Shown: positions 16,438-25,756 of the stretch, piece by piece
Layout of the letters: every line of letters begins with the position of its first letter
How positions within the stretch are numbered: position 1 is the stretch's first letter
Virus record (IMG/VR): IMGVR_UViG_3300008107_000013
DNA: 64,000 nucleotides
Source: an uncultured virus (IMG/VR IMGVR_UViG_3300008107_000013)
Taxonomy: Duplodnaviria > Heunggongvirae > Uroviricota > Caudoviricetes
Strand: one strand, 5' to 3'
Translations under genes and position numbers: made by a program
The notes under the pieces: model-generated
Told to the model about the DNA's origin: nothing
Database searches by the model: none
The model's input: only the letters and a program-made list of their open reading frames with translations

Positions 16438-18977
16438 CCGAAAAATCCTTCTAATGTGCTATGCCGCTCTGTCTTCCAACCAATAGTATCTAAAATGGAG
16501 GAGAGGGGCTCAAGGAAAGCTTTCTCAAACTGCTTATCATAATCAATTAATGTATCGAGATTAAGTTCTTTAGGAAGCTTTCCAGGGGTGGAGATAACAT
16601 GCTCACCTAGGTAGTTAGGTGTCTTAAGATAACAAAATTTAATCTTCTCTCCCGAATAGATTAAATCATATTTATTATCTAGGCCTTTCTTTTTTAGCTG
16701 ATTATTATACAGCAGTGCGCCTTTAACGTGAATTGGAGTTCCCAGCTTAAACACCTTAATAGAATTCTTACTGTTATCAGTCCACTTATCTAGATCTTTA
16801 CATCCTCGAGGAAACGAAACATCCTCAAACGGGAGCCTGGCAAACTTGTCTCTCTCCTCGGCAATGTAATCAATCATCTCATCTTCTGTTCTAGTCATGA
16901 TGATGTTAAAGGCTTTTGTAATACTGTTTCTAACTGAAAGCGGCGTTGAACTCCTAACCGCTTCTACACCCATCATCTTAAGCTTAGGTTCTGAGTAGCG
17001 AACTCCTTCGTTATCATACACATTTAAAATGTATCGCTTTTTAGCAATGAATATACCTTTATCAGCAATCGCCTCGCGCTTCATCTTCATCTTTTGTGCA
17101 TAGGCGTTTACATATATTGCAAGCTCATCATAGTACTTGTTAAGTTGCTTTTCAATCACATCGTTACAATATTTGTCAAGAATAGCAACCTTATCGTCGA
17201 TAGGTTTATCTTTCCCTATGAACTTGTTTACAATACCGCTTAAATTAAGATACATTGAGTCGGTATCAACAGCAATAACGTAATCAACGTCCGATGTATT
17301 AAGTTGCTTATTAATAAACTCGTTCATCTTATTTTCAGCCCAGCGAATAGACAGTTGTCCGGACTTAGTAATTGATTCGGCAAAACGAACATCATACCAC
17401 CTAAAGAACTTATTTGCTAAAGCACCATAAGCGGAGTTAAGCTGAATTTTTTTAGCTAACTGCATGTTGTGACATCGAGCAATTTCTTTCTCCAGCTCAT
17501 ATGTCTTTTCTTTTTCAAACTTTTTCTTTGCCTCAATCATCTGATTCTTATACTTAACACGATCATCATACATTTTCTGCATGAGCTCGGAAAGGAATCC
17601 TTGTCTGTCTTTATCGTAGTAACACCCAGAAGCAGCTACCGTATAGTTAGAGGCGTTCATTTCGTTTCTGATACCAAAATCATCTAACGCGCCGTTAATT
17701 ATTTTATCTACTCCATCACTAGAAGCAAGCGAGGAGAATGTTCCTTTAAATGTTTCGGGTGAAATATTATACTGCATAATTAAGTGAGGGTACAAACTAT
17801 TCAAGTCAAACGAGCAAACCCATTCATGCATTCCTATTTGCGGGTCTTTAACGTACGCACCTACAATAGGATTATCTTTCTGCCGCTTGGAAGGATCAAA
17901 CATTGGCACGACTATATTCTTCTGCTTTAGATAATTTGTTATAATAATGTCCCACATCCGTACAGATGTAAATGTATCAAGGTAGTTTACCTTAGCGTCG
18001 TATGCAATAGCAAAGACTTGCTCAATAAACTTAAGCTTATCTTCTAACATATCTACTAGTTCAACGTCTCGAATATTATAGTTTACATAGTTCTGAAAAT
18101 CGTTCTCGTAGAACTGCGTAAGGTTTTCGTACCCTAGTTCGGCATAGTCTAACTTTTTCTCTCCTAGCTCGTGATCGCAAACAAAATCTAGTTTGTAACT
18201 CTCAAGCATCTTAAACGAGAACTTTCTATACAGCTGGAGATAATCGAGAATTGTAATACCGACAATAATAGGAATAATAACTTGTCGACCGGCAAACTCT
18301 ACTTCCCGCTCATCTAGTATACCCCAAGGAGAGAGCTTTTTTGCTGACTCAGGTCCAAGTATGCGCGTGATTCTATTAATCATGTACGGCATATCAAACC
18401 CTTCAACGTTCCATCCTGTTACAATATCGGGTAAGTATTGTTTAGAGCGCCAGATTGTGATAAACTTTGATAAAAGATCTCCCTCGTCTACACATTTAAT
18501 AAAAGTCACAGACTCTTTCTCTGGCTTGTAATCTTTCATTGCAAGCACTACACTCTTTCCATTTTTTCGAACAGTAAGAGATGTTAGAGGTCTGTCAGCT
18601 TTAGTTATGTCCGGGAACCCTCCAGTAGCTTCAATCTCAATATCGATTGTAACTACCGAGATGAGATTAGGATCGTAATCGATCTCTCCAGGGTAATGGT
18701 CGTCAATGAAGTTGTAAAGGTAATTGGTATTGCCGTACATTAACTTACCAGAGACATCCCTGTATTGCTTGACGTAGTCTCTAGCTTCATAAACGTTCTC
18801 AAACTCTCGTTTATAAACAGTCTTACCGTCGATAGTTTTGTATTCTTCTATCGAGGTTTTATCGTTGGTGAAGATGTAAGGTTTGAGAGGGATTGAGCGT
18901 TGGATCTTTTCTCCGTTCTCAAACCCTCTTAACAGAATTTCGCTTCTGTACTGATGTACGCTGGTATAAAAATTCAT
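16434..18977 (-). CDS. gp43: family B DNA polymerase
   Basis: Exo DIE and GWNVEGFD; pol DLNSLYP, KIQLNSAYG, DTDS and KKRY motifs. Confidence 0.98.
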   Translation of the reverse strand: MNFYTSVHQYRSEILLRGFENGEKIQRSIPLKPYIFTNDKTSIEEYKTIDGKTVYKREFENVYEARDYVKQYRDVSGKLMYGNTNYLYNFIDDHYPGEIDYDPNLISVVTIDIEIEATGGFPDITKADRPLTSLTVRKNGKSVVLAMKDYKPEKESVTFIKCVDEGDLLSKFITIWRSKQYLPDIVTGWNVEGFDMPYMINRITRILGPESAKKLSPWGILDEREVEFAGRQVIIPIIVGITILDYLQLYRKFSFKMLESYKLDFVCDHELGEKKLDYAELGYENLTQFYENDFQNYVNYNIRDVELVDMLEDKLKFIEQVFAIAYDAKVNYLDTFTSVRMWDIIITNYLKQKNIVVPMFDPSKRQKDNPIVGAYVKDPQIGMHEWVCSFDLNSLYPHLIMQYNISPETFKGTFSSLASSDGVDKIINGALDDFGIRNEMNASNYTVAASGCYYDKDRQGFLSELMQKMYDDRVKYKNQMIEAKKKFEKEKTYELEKEIARCHNMQLAKKIQLNSAYGALANKFFRWYDVRFAESITKSGQLSIRWAENKMNEFINKQLNTSDVDYVIAVDTDSMYLNLSGIVNKFIGKDKPIDDKVAILDKYCNDVIEKQLNKYYDELAIYVNAYAQKMKMKREAIADKGIFIAKKRYILNVYDNEGVRYSEPKLKMMGVEAVRSSTPLSVRNSITKAFNIIMTRTEDEMIDYIAEERDKFARLPFEDVSFPRGCKDLDKWTDNSKNSIKVFKLGTPIHVKGALLYNNQLKKKGLDNKYDLIYSGEKIKFCYLKTPNYLGEHVISTPGKLPKELNLDTLIDYDKQFEKAFLEPLSSILDTIGWKTERHSTLEGFFG

Positions 18978-18990
18978 TATTATCCTTAAA

Positions 18991-19018
18991 GTACTCCGAG
19001 GCTTTCCTACACGAGTAC
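18991..19018 (-). promoter_or_regulatory. hairpin next to the gp43 SD (putative translational operator)
   Basis: GTACTC-GTGTAGG-AAAG-CCTCG-GAGTAC directly before TAAGGA SD. Confidence 0.45.
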
Positions 19019-19035
19019 AACAATTTTAAACTACT

Positions 19036-19500
19036 TTAGGCAATTAATCCAGGCTTGTAAACAACTTTACCGTTCTCTCTCATTGCTGTGAGAGTCTGAC
19101 ATTTTAGATCAGCCGGGTTGTAAGATACGTGAACCCATCCAGAGTCAGGTACCCCGGGGGTATAGAATTCTAGGATTACTTGAGTATACCAAAAATTCTC
19201 TGAAATGTATTTTGCTAGGTCGTAATTTGCTACTCCGGGAATCTCAATATCAGCTGCTTGACCTCGACAATGATCAGAGGTTCTAGATCCTCCTACGGCA
19301 GCATTAACATTAGGATGTCTAAAGCCAGAATTAACTTTAATTCCTCTTCCGTAAGCTGTTCTTAGCGGCTGGAGAATGTTTTCGCAAAGTATTCTTAAAT
19401 TCTCAATCTCAGCATCTCCTGGAGTATTGTCTAGACCGTTTCTGAGAGCGGTCTCACTTTTAACTAATTCCGCAAGGGAAAAATTTTCTGTTAGTTGCAT
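19036..19500 (-). CDS. peptidase M15A endolysin
   Basis: NFSLAEL, NSGFR, SDHCRGQAADI and WVHVS Zn motifs. Confidence 0.9.
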   Translation of the reverse strand: MQLTENFSLAELVKSETALRNGLDNTPGDAEIENLRILCENILQPLRTAYGRGIKVNSGFRHPNVNAAVGGSRTSDHCRGQAADIEIPGVANYDLAKYISENFWYTQVILEFYTPGVPDSGWVHVSYNPADLKCQTLTAMRENGKVVYKPGLIA

Positions 19501-19509
19501 GTTAACCCT

Positions 19510-19707
19510 TTACTTTGCTGCTGGAGTTTTTTTAGCTCTCGCTTTTTGAGCAGTCTTTTTAACGGTTGTTTTGACTTGCTCAACAGCAACCTTAGCATCT
19601 GCTTGATCTACTTTTCCGTCATTATTTAAATCAAAAATTTTGCTTCTTCTATTAACATAAAAGGCCATTGCGGCTACTATAATTACAAGAACGATTAAAA
19701 TTTCCAT
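19510..19707 (-). CDS. small TM protein with EF-hand-like loop and basic tail
   Basis: N-terminal TM, DLNNDGKVDQAD, Lys-rich end; late-like ACTAAATA at 19727..19734. Confidence 0.7.
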   Translation of the reverse strand: MEILIVLVIIVAAMAFYVNRRSKIFDLNNDGKVDQADAKVAVEQVKTTVKKTAQKARAKKTPAAK

Positions 19708-19734
19708 GGTACCCTCCCTTGTGCTGTATTTAGT

Positions 19735-19763
19735 AAAAAGAAGCCCCGAAGGGCCTCTTTTTT
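19735..19763 (-). terminator. rho-independent terminator
   Basis: AAAAAAGAGGCCC-TTCG-GGGCTTCTTTTT. Confidence 0.85.
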
Positions 19764-19911
19764 ACTTCTTAGGACCGTAAAGATCGTTTAAGATCTGCTC
19801 AACCTCTTCTCTAGTTCTAACGCTAGAGGAGAGAAGAGCTGCGGTTTTGTATCGACTATACTGCTCGGTAATGTCAAATAATTTATCTAAAATCTTATTG
19901 ATAAATTTCAT
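19762..19911 (-). CDS. small hypothetical protein (49 aa, not in ORF track)
   Basis: MKFINKILDKLF...LNDLYGPKK; ATGA overlap with hsp20 stop, ends at the terminator. Confidence 0.6.
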   Translation of the reverse strand: MKFINKILDKLFDITEQYSRYKTAALLSSSVRTREEVEQILNDLYGPKK

Positions 19912-20384
19912 TTTTTAGTCGCTTCTGTTAGCAATTGTTTCTGGCTAACTTCAGCGGCTGATTCATCTACAATATCAATTTTCTTAGCTGGAATTAACTT
20001 AGACATATTTTCCAGCGTTACTTTAAGCATTCCATTAACCAGGGATGCATTCTTAACCTCAACAGAATCAGCTAGTTTAAACGAGCGAGAAAACGATCTC
20101 TCCGCAATACCTTTGTACACATAGTCGCTATCATCAGAATGTGATGCACCGGAGATCTTCAGAGTATCCCCTGATAAATCAATGTCTATATCGGCTTTAC
20201 TGAAACCGGCAACGGCCATCTCAATAGTGTACTTTCCCTCATCAACCTTCTTAATATTGTAAGGAGGCCAGTTAGGGATTGTTTTTGCGACGTTATTTTG
20301 CAAAGTAGCTAGATCATTCCAAAGACGATCAAAACCAATAAAATTACGTTCGAAGTCCTTAAAAAAGGGTACTGTAGCGTTCAT
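19908..20384 (-). CDS. hsp20: small heat-shock protein Hsp20 (IbpA-like)
   Basis: IGFDR, WPPYNI, IEMAVAGF, YKGIAERSFSRSF and NGML motifs. Confidence 0.95.
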   Translation of the reverse strand: MNATVPFFKDFERNFIGFDRLWNDLATLQNNVAKTIPNWPPYNIKKVDEGKYTIEMAVAGFSKADIDIDLSGDTLKISGASHSDDSDYVYKGIAERSFSRSFKLADSVEVKNASLVNGMLKVTLENMSKLIPAKKIDIVDESAAEVSQKQLLTEATKK

Positions 20385-20394
20385 AGTAAACTCC

Positions 20395-20631
20395 TTAAGC
20401 TGCTGCTTTGTAAGGTTTTAGAGCTTTATCGAAAGCACTAAAAAAGTCATATTTAGAAGCAACATCGATAAGATCTTCAACTGCTGCAATTGACTGACGC
20501 GCAAATTGAGCTTGAGCGTTTACAAATTGCTGAAGAGGCTCTCGAACCGTTTCTTCTTTTACAAAGGTGTTAAGGAATTGAGTTTTGGCGTATTGATCAG
20601 AATCAACAGCCGAAGAAAGATATGTGTTCAT
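20395..20631 (-). CDS. phasin-like helical protein
   Basis: 78 aa amphipathic Ala/Gln-rich helices (AKTQFLNTFV, FVNAQAQFARQ); AAGGAG SD; family assignment tentative. Confidence 0.5.
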   Translation of the reverse strand: MNTYLSSAVDSDQYAKTQFLNTFVKEETVREPLQQFVNAQAQFARQSIAAVEDLIDVASKYDFFSAFDKALKPYKAAA

Positions 20632-20687
20632 GTGTTCTCCTTTGAACTAAGCGAGTTAAAAAATACCGACCCTATTGGCATCGGTAT
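20632..20687 (-). promoter_or_regulatory. ROSE-like RNA thermometer
   Basis: 5' hairpin ATACCGAT/GTCGGTAT, then CTC-G-CTT pairing with SD AAG-GAG leaving a bulged G (UYGCU motif). Confidence 0.7.
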
Positions 20688-20718
20688 ATTATATATACCC
20701 TTTTGGGGTAAAAATCAA

Positions 20719-21117
20719 CTATTTTTTACGTCCTATGTTGTACTTAGATACTAGTTCCCAATCGTCCTTTTCTTTGTATGGAAGGACTTTAATCTGGGAT
20801 AAAAGAGCAACAGGCTCTCTAGTTTTAGAAGGGTCTATTAATTGTACCAGGCCCCACTCGGCAACCAGGTTAGCAATAGTATTCCTTCTTCCTTTATCTT
20901 CTTCTGAAAAATTAGATGGTTTTCCATCTAACATAAACAATTCTTTAAAATGCACAATATAATACCTACCCTGCTTATGAAGGATATGGCATGACTGATA
21001 CAATTTTCTGTCTTTTCTAGACGCTACACCAATTCTCGTCAGAGTTTCTCTGATCTTTAAGAAGTCATCCTCGCTTACGAGTCTTACCTCTACCAACGAA
21101 TCTATAATGCTCATCAT
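20719..21117 (-). CDS. regA: translational repressor RegA
   Basis: DDFLKIRETLTRIG and LYQSCHILHKQGRYYIVHFKELF motifs. Confidence 0.97.
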   Translation of the reverse strand: MMSIIDSLVEVRLVSEDDFLKIRETLTRIGVASRKDRKLYQSCHILHKQGRYYIVHFKELFMLDGKPSNFSEEDKGRRNTIANLVAEWGLVQLIDPSKTREPVALLSQIKVLPYKEKDDWELVSKYNIGRKK

Positions 21118-21494
21118 CCACCTTTTTGTAATTTTATTTTTATAGTATGGATTTGTTCGGAGGAGAGAATGTCTAGAGCTTGTGCGGCCTTTGCATTACT
21201 ATAGCCAAAATATTCTTTTACTGCATCTAGATCATTACTATCCTGCTTCTTCACCCATTTTGCAAATCGCTTGGCGGGCCGTATACTATTTAGCATATAG
21301 TAAAATTGCATTTTATTATCTAGATTAGCGTTCATATTCATCTCATTAGCATAAAGAACAGTATCTTTAAAGTACGAGAAGGATCTATTAGAGTACCACG
21401 GACTATAGCCGTCCTCCATAAGCTTTGGATTATCAGGATCTTTCATGATATCTTTACCGCTATTAATGGCGTTAATGTAATCAAATGGGTTCAT
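21114..21494 (-). CDS. gp62: clamp loader small subunit
   Basis: PFDYINAIN, ANEMN and VKEYFGYS motifs; position before regA. Confidence 0.93.
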   Translation of the reverse strand: MNPFDYINAINSGKDIMKDPDNPKLMEDGYSPWYSNRSFSYFKDTVLYANEMNMNANLDNKMQFYYMLNSIRPAKRFAKWVKKQDSNDLDAVKEYFGYSNAKAAQALDILSSEQIHTIKIKLQKGG

Positions 21495-22714
21495 ATAAAT
21501 CCAATCTTACTCTCTCTCGGCTTATGAGTGTTGCGTTGCTGGAAGAATATTTCAGCTAATGAGTAAGTGTCTGTATCCGGAGTTGGTTTAAACTCAATAT
21601 TTAATCGGGTGGCGAGTTTCTCTGCTTGCCCTTTAGTGTAGTTATCAAAGTGAAGGATATCAAAGCATCGTCCTGGGCGAGTTAAGGCAGGGTCAATATC
21701 TTTAATCGACGGGAGGTTAGTAGAAAAAATTAACTTCTTTCCTTTCATAGTAATTAGACCGTCACCTACGTTAAGAAAACGATGCATCATATGATTACCA
21801 TCTTTTCTTGACTTAAGAAAGTTATCAGCATCTTCAATAACCATAACGCCTGAATCGGCCTCAATAAATCTAGCGAAGATGTAATCTTTGTCTAGAATTT
21901 TTTCATCGTAAGTAACCATTGCATTCTTTCCGGAATGAAATAGTAGTCCGCGAATAAAAGTAGTTTTACCGGTTCCAGGAGGGCCGATAAGAAGTAAAAT
22001 AGACGCTGATGATTCTAAAAACCTATCGTAATAGTCTGTAATTTCTTCTCTATCTAAAAAAGGGTACATTTCAGTCACGGGAAGCTTCTCCCCAGTAAGA
22101 GGAATCTCTACCGAGCTTCCATCTCCACCGTATACCCACTCTACAGTACAAGAAGCAATAGTAAACTTCTGCGATAGTAAATCATATTCTCTCTCTACAA
22201 ATTCTTTAGTGCCATATAACTTCACCGTAATGCTGGTGTTACTAATAGCATAGTCAATAAATCCCTCTACATCCTTCTTAATAAGAATGCCTGCTAGATC
22301 ACCAAACTCTACTACCTGCCATTCATCTCCAGAGGCTCGAGTATGCTTTCGCCACTCAACATCAGAGCAAACAAAGTTCTCTTCTTTTTGATATGTACTT
22401 TCTAAAAGTTCACTCGTTCTATAATCTAAAAGTTTTGAGAGGTAATGATCATTAAGAGATGTTCCTGCTAGGAAAAATTCATCTCTACTTTCTACTTTAG
22501 AGAGGGCTTCGCTTTCTGCATTCATATATTTTTTATGTGCTCCATCATAATGTTTTCTTTCATCAAAAAGACACTTTTCTGTAGAAGACATGTCCCATGG
22601 TTGTTTTCTTCTTACAGATTTTCGCCTTACTCTTTTTCTTCTTAAAAGTCGAGATAAAGATTTAGGAGAATATTCTTGTACTTCCTCTATAATACTTTTT
22701 ACAAAATCTCTCAT
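21491..22714 (-). CDS. AAA+ ATPase
   Basis: GPPGTGKT, VIEDAD, FSTN and IDPALTRPGRCFD (SRH) motifs. Confidence 0.88.
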   Translation of the reverse strand: MRDFVKSIIEEVQEYSPKSLSRLLRRKRVRRKSVRRKQPWDMSSTEKCLFDERKHYDGAHKKYMNAESEALSKVESRDEFFLAGTSLNDHYLSKLLDYRTSELLESTYQKEENFVCSDVEWRKHTRASGDEWQVVEFGDLAGILIKKDVEGFIDYAISNTSITVKLYGTKEFVEREYDLLSQKFTIASCTVEWVYGGDGSSVEIPLTGEKLPVTEMYPFLDREEITDYYDRFLESSASILLLIGPPGTGKTTFIRGLLFHSGKNAMVTYDEKILDKDYIFARFIEADSGVMVIEDADNFLKSRKDGNHMMHRFLNVGDGLITMKGKKLIFSTNLPSIKDIDPALTRPGRCFDILHFDNYTKGQAEKLATRLNIEFKPTPDTDTYSLAEIFFQQRNTHKPRESKIGFI

Positions 22715-23649
22715 TTAAACTCACACTCAACCATCAGTTCAGTTAAACAAGCAACAATATTAACTTCTTGATCGGCTACAAACGCAGCTTTATATTGATA
22801 GTCAGCAATGATAAGAACCATCTGCGGGATAGAAGAGGGTTTAAGATATACTGATGCAGTATCGTATAACTTTCTAAAGAACGTTGTGCTATCTATATCT
22901 AGATTTTCTCCAGCCCACTTTCTGATACCTGTAAAGTTTTTATCCTTTAACATCTCGGTTAACTCTTTTAACTTTTCATCTTGAAAGCTAGAAAGAATAC
23001 CTGTATCTATTTTACCCATAGCGCTATAGCGCTGTAGTTCGTTAAGTACTCGTCTGAAATCAGGAAAGTATTTTTTTACTACTTCGGCAACTGCTTTAGG
23101 GTCAGAATCAACTCCCTCTTTTTTTAAAATATCCATTACGCGCTTGTAAAATACAGAAGCGAGCTCGGGCTTATCTTGCTGTGATATTTTAAATTCTACT
23201 ATGCTACATCTAGAGTGTAGTTCAGGAATGATTCGATTTTTATAATTACAAGTTAAAATAAACCCGCAGTTCTTAGAATATTCTTCCATAAAATTTCTAA
23301 GAGCAGGTTGAGTAGAGTTAGGATTGAGGTAATCGGCCTCGTCTAGAATAACATATTTCCTCCCTCCAGTGAGAGACACGGAAGAAGCGAAAGCTACTAT
23401 CTCTGTTCTCAACGTATCAATATTACCATATAATGACCCGTTAATAATCATGTAATTACATCCAAGCTCCTCCATCATCGCTCTAGCAATAGTAGTCTTT
23501 CCCATTCCTGCGCGCCCAGTAAGCAGCAGGTTAGGAATATTTTCTTGCTCGACGAAAGTTTGAAAGGTCTTTTTTAAATCGGCAGGAAGTATAACTTCAC
23601 TGATTGAGCGGGGTCGATATTTTTCAACCCATAGAAAGTCTTCAAGCAT
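22711..23649 (-). CDS. gp44: clamp loader large subunit
   Basis: LWVEKYRP, GRAGMGKT, ILDEAD and SRC motifs. Confidence 0.97.
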   Translation of the reverse strand: MLEDFLWVEKYRPRSISEVILPADLKKTFQTFVEQENIPNLLLTGRAGMGKTTIARAMMEELGCNYMIINGSLYGNIDTLRTEIVAFASSVSLTGGRKYVILDEADYLNPNSTQPALRNFMEEYSKNCGFILTCNYKNRIIPELHSRCSIVEFKISQQDKPELASVFYKRVMDILKKEGVDSDPKAVAEVVKKYFPDFRRVLNELQRYSAMGKIDTGILSSFQDEKLKELTEMLKDKNFTGIRKWAGENLDIDSTTFFRKLYDTASVYLKPSSIPQMVLIIADYQYKAAFVADQEVNIVACLTELMVECEFK

Positions 23650-23656
23650 AATATCC

Positions 23657-24226
23657 TCATGTCAAATATCCAAATACATCTTCACTATCATACCAACAAT
23701 TATAGCCTTTACTTTTTAATATATCAAGCAAAGTAGTCAGATCTATGAACTTATGTTCGATTTTTAATATTTCTGGTTTAACTAACCAATCAAACCCTTC
23801 TAGTACTTCTAATTCGTGACCTTCCACATCTAATTTTAAAATTCCTATTTTTTCTATACTGAATTTTTTTACTAAAGAGTCTAGCTGCCATGTTTTTACT
23901 GTTGTTGTTTTAACATTACCTAAATTATGGCCGAGAGTTTTATTTTTATCAATCAGACGGCTTGAACGGGTTTCAAGGTGACTAATTCCCCTGATCCATC
24001 TAGCATTTTCTGTTCCCGGTTCAACATATTTTAATTGAAGTTCTCCCTCCCTATTCGAAAGGGCGCCTTGAAGAACTACTACATTCTCAAAATCTTTAAA
24101 TGAATCACTAAGTTTGCTAGCATAATATGGAACAGGCTCAACAAAAATAGTTTTATGTTGGGGATTAGGATTAATATTATCGAAATCGCATGCACCGACT
24201 TCGATGTCCCACGTAACATTATTCAA
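23657..24226 (-). CDS. FkbM-family SAM-dependent methyltransferase
   Basis: IEVGA, VEP and LKLDVEGHE motifs. Confidence 0.85.
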   Translation of the reverse strand: MNNVTWDIEVGACDFDNINPNPQHKTIFVEPVPYYASKLSDSFKDFENVVVLQGALSNREGELQLKYVEPGTENARWIRGISHLETRSSRLIDKNKTLGHNLGNVKTTTVKTWQLDSLVKKFSIEKIGILKLDVEGHELEVLEGFDWLVKPEILKIEHKFIDLTTLLDILKSKGYNCWYDSEDVFGYLT

Positions 24227-24872
24227 AGACAGAACTTGCCTCCGTCGCTACCCAATAAGTTACGGTCTTGCCTTGAAGTTCGGCTAGACCCTTCTTAGAG
24301 ATTTTAACTTTATAGGAGTCACTAATAAGTTTAAGATTGTTATCTTTAATAATTACTTTAAACTTAGAGGTTGTAGAGCCTACCTTTACCTTGAACGTAT
24401 CACTGCTAGGATTCTTAGTATTTACAGTTTCAAGATAGATGCTTTCACCTGTACCAGAAATAGCAACCTCACTATACTTTAAAACGGCCATTGCCTTTAA
24501 CAGGCTATTTAATGTTGACTCCGGTAAGTCAAACTCAATATCAAACTCTGGTAGTTTAAGTTCTTTTTGTGGATAGACTATTAATGATTCTTCACCAAAT
24601 GTATAGCTCACAGATTGATCATCTTTCATAATCTCGAGATGATTGTCTTTTACATCTAGTGTAGGAGTATCAAACAATGACATTACACTAAGAAACTTAC
24701 TTAACTCAGCAATAGCAAACTGCTTTGGTATTGTCTCTGTAATGGTAGCCTTAGCGATAATCGTTTGTACAGGTGACATCGTGGTGATACTATTACCCTC
24801 CTTGAATACAATAGAGGGGTTAATAGTAGAAAAGTTTTTCAAAATATTTAAAGTGCGATTCTCAAATTGCAT
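24219..24872 (-). CDS. gp45: sliding clamp
   Basis: TLNILKNFSTINPSI N-terminus, YWVATE C-terminus. Confidence 0.95.
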   Translation of the reverse strand: MQFENRTLNILKNFSTINPSIVFKEGNSITTMSPVQTIIAKATITETIPKQFAIAELSKFLSVMSLFDTPTLDVKDNHLEIMKDDQSVSYTFGEESLIVYPQKELKLPEFDIEFDLPESTLNSLLKAMAVLKYSEVAISGTGESIYLETVNTKNPSSDTFKVKVGSTTSKFKVIIKDNNLKLISDSYKVKISKKGLAELQGKTVTYWVATEASSVFE

Positions 24873-24887
24873 GATATAGACCTTCCT

Positions 24888-25754
24888 TTAGATCTTTTTA
24901 ACTACTTGCTTTTTATCCTTCTTCATAAGCCCTGCATCGGCGGTAGCAGAAGCACCAATCTGCGCTAGATCAAGTAAACTTCCTCCAAATACATAGCTAC
25001 CAACGTGCTGCAACTTCATCCAAGGGCAGAACCATACTTTCATTCCAGCCTTTGCTGCATGGTAACAGAAGTTATAGTCCTCAGACAAGTAGCGCTTTGA
25101 ATCAGGATCAATAATACAATCAAAATAAGCCATAATTTCTCGGCTTCCATCAAAATGCTCAGTACGTATATGATCTGGTTTATAACTTAGTTCAGGATAC
25201 GCTTTAGCATACTGCTCGAACGTCTTTCTACGTGCCATAAAGAACCCCGTACCAATTTCTAATACTTCTACTGGTTCACCTAGAGGAATTTCTCTCTGCG
25301 AATGTTTAGGGTTAAACACATAGTCGCCAACATACTTCTCTAAATCATTAGGATTCTCATCTGCAAAACCTTTGTCTACTGCAACCTTAATTTTCTCCCA
25401 CGAAATACACTTCTTAGGATATGGACCTCCCATAACATCATAAGGTGTATCATCATCCATTAATGCAAGCATTGCAATAACGTCTTGTGGATTAAATCCA
25501 ATATCTGAATCAATAAACATTAAATGTGTGGCGTCCGATCGCATAAACTCATCTACACAATAGTTACGTGCGCGAGTAATAAGCGATTCATTAAACAGGT
25601 AGTATAGTTGAAGAGGGATCTGATATTTTGCACAGAATGCCGATAGGTCAGCAATAGAGCGGGTATACATCCCTGCACACTGCCCACCGTACATTGGCGT
25701 AGCAACGAACAGTTTTTTCTTTTGTAGGTCTTCAATTTTAATTTCAAGTTTCAT
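24888..25754 (-). CDS. GT-A fold glycosyltransferase-like protein
   Basis: VATPMYGG, ESLITRARN, FIDSD (DxD), GTGF and YLSEDY motifs. Confidence 0.75.
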   Translation of the reverse strand: MKLEIKIEDLQKKKLFVATPMYGGQCAGMYTRSIADLSAFCAKYQIPLQLYYLFNESLITRARNYCVDEFMRSDATHLMFIDSDIGFNPQDVIAMLALMDDDTPYDVMGGPYPKKCISWEKIKVAVDKGFADENPNDLEKYVGDYVFNPKHSQREIPLGEPVEVLEIGTGFFMARRKTFEQYAKAYPELSYKPDHIRTEHFDGSREIMAYFDCIIDPDSKRYLSEDYNFCYHAAKAGMKVWFCPWMKLQHVGSYVFGGSLLDLAQIGASATADAGLMKKDKKQVVKKI

Positions 25755-25756
25755 TA

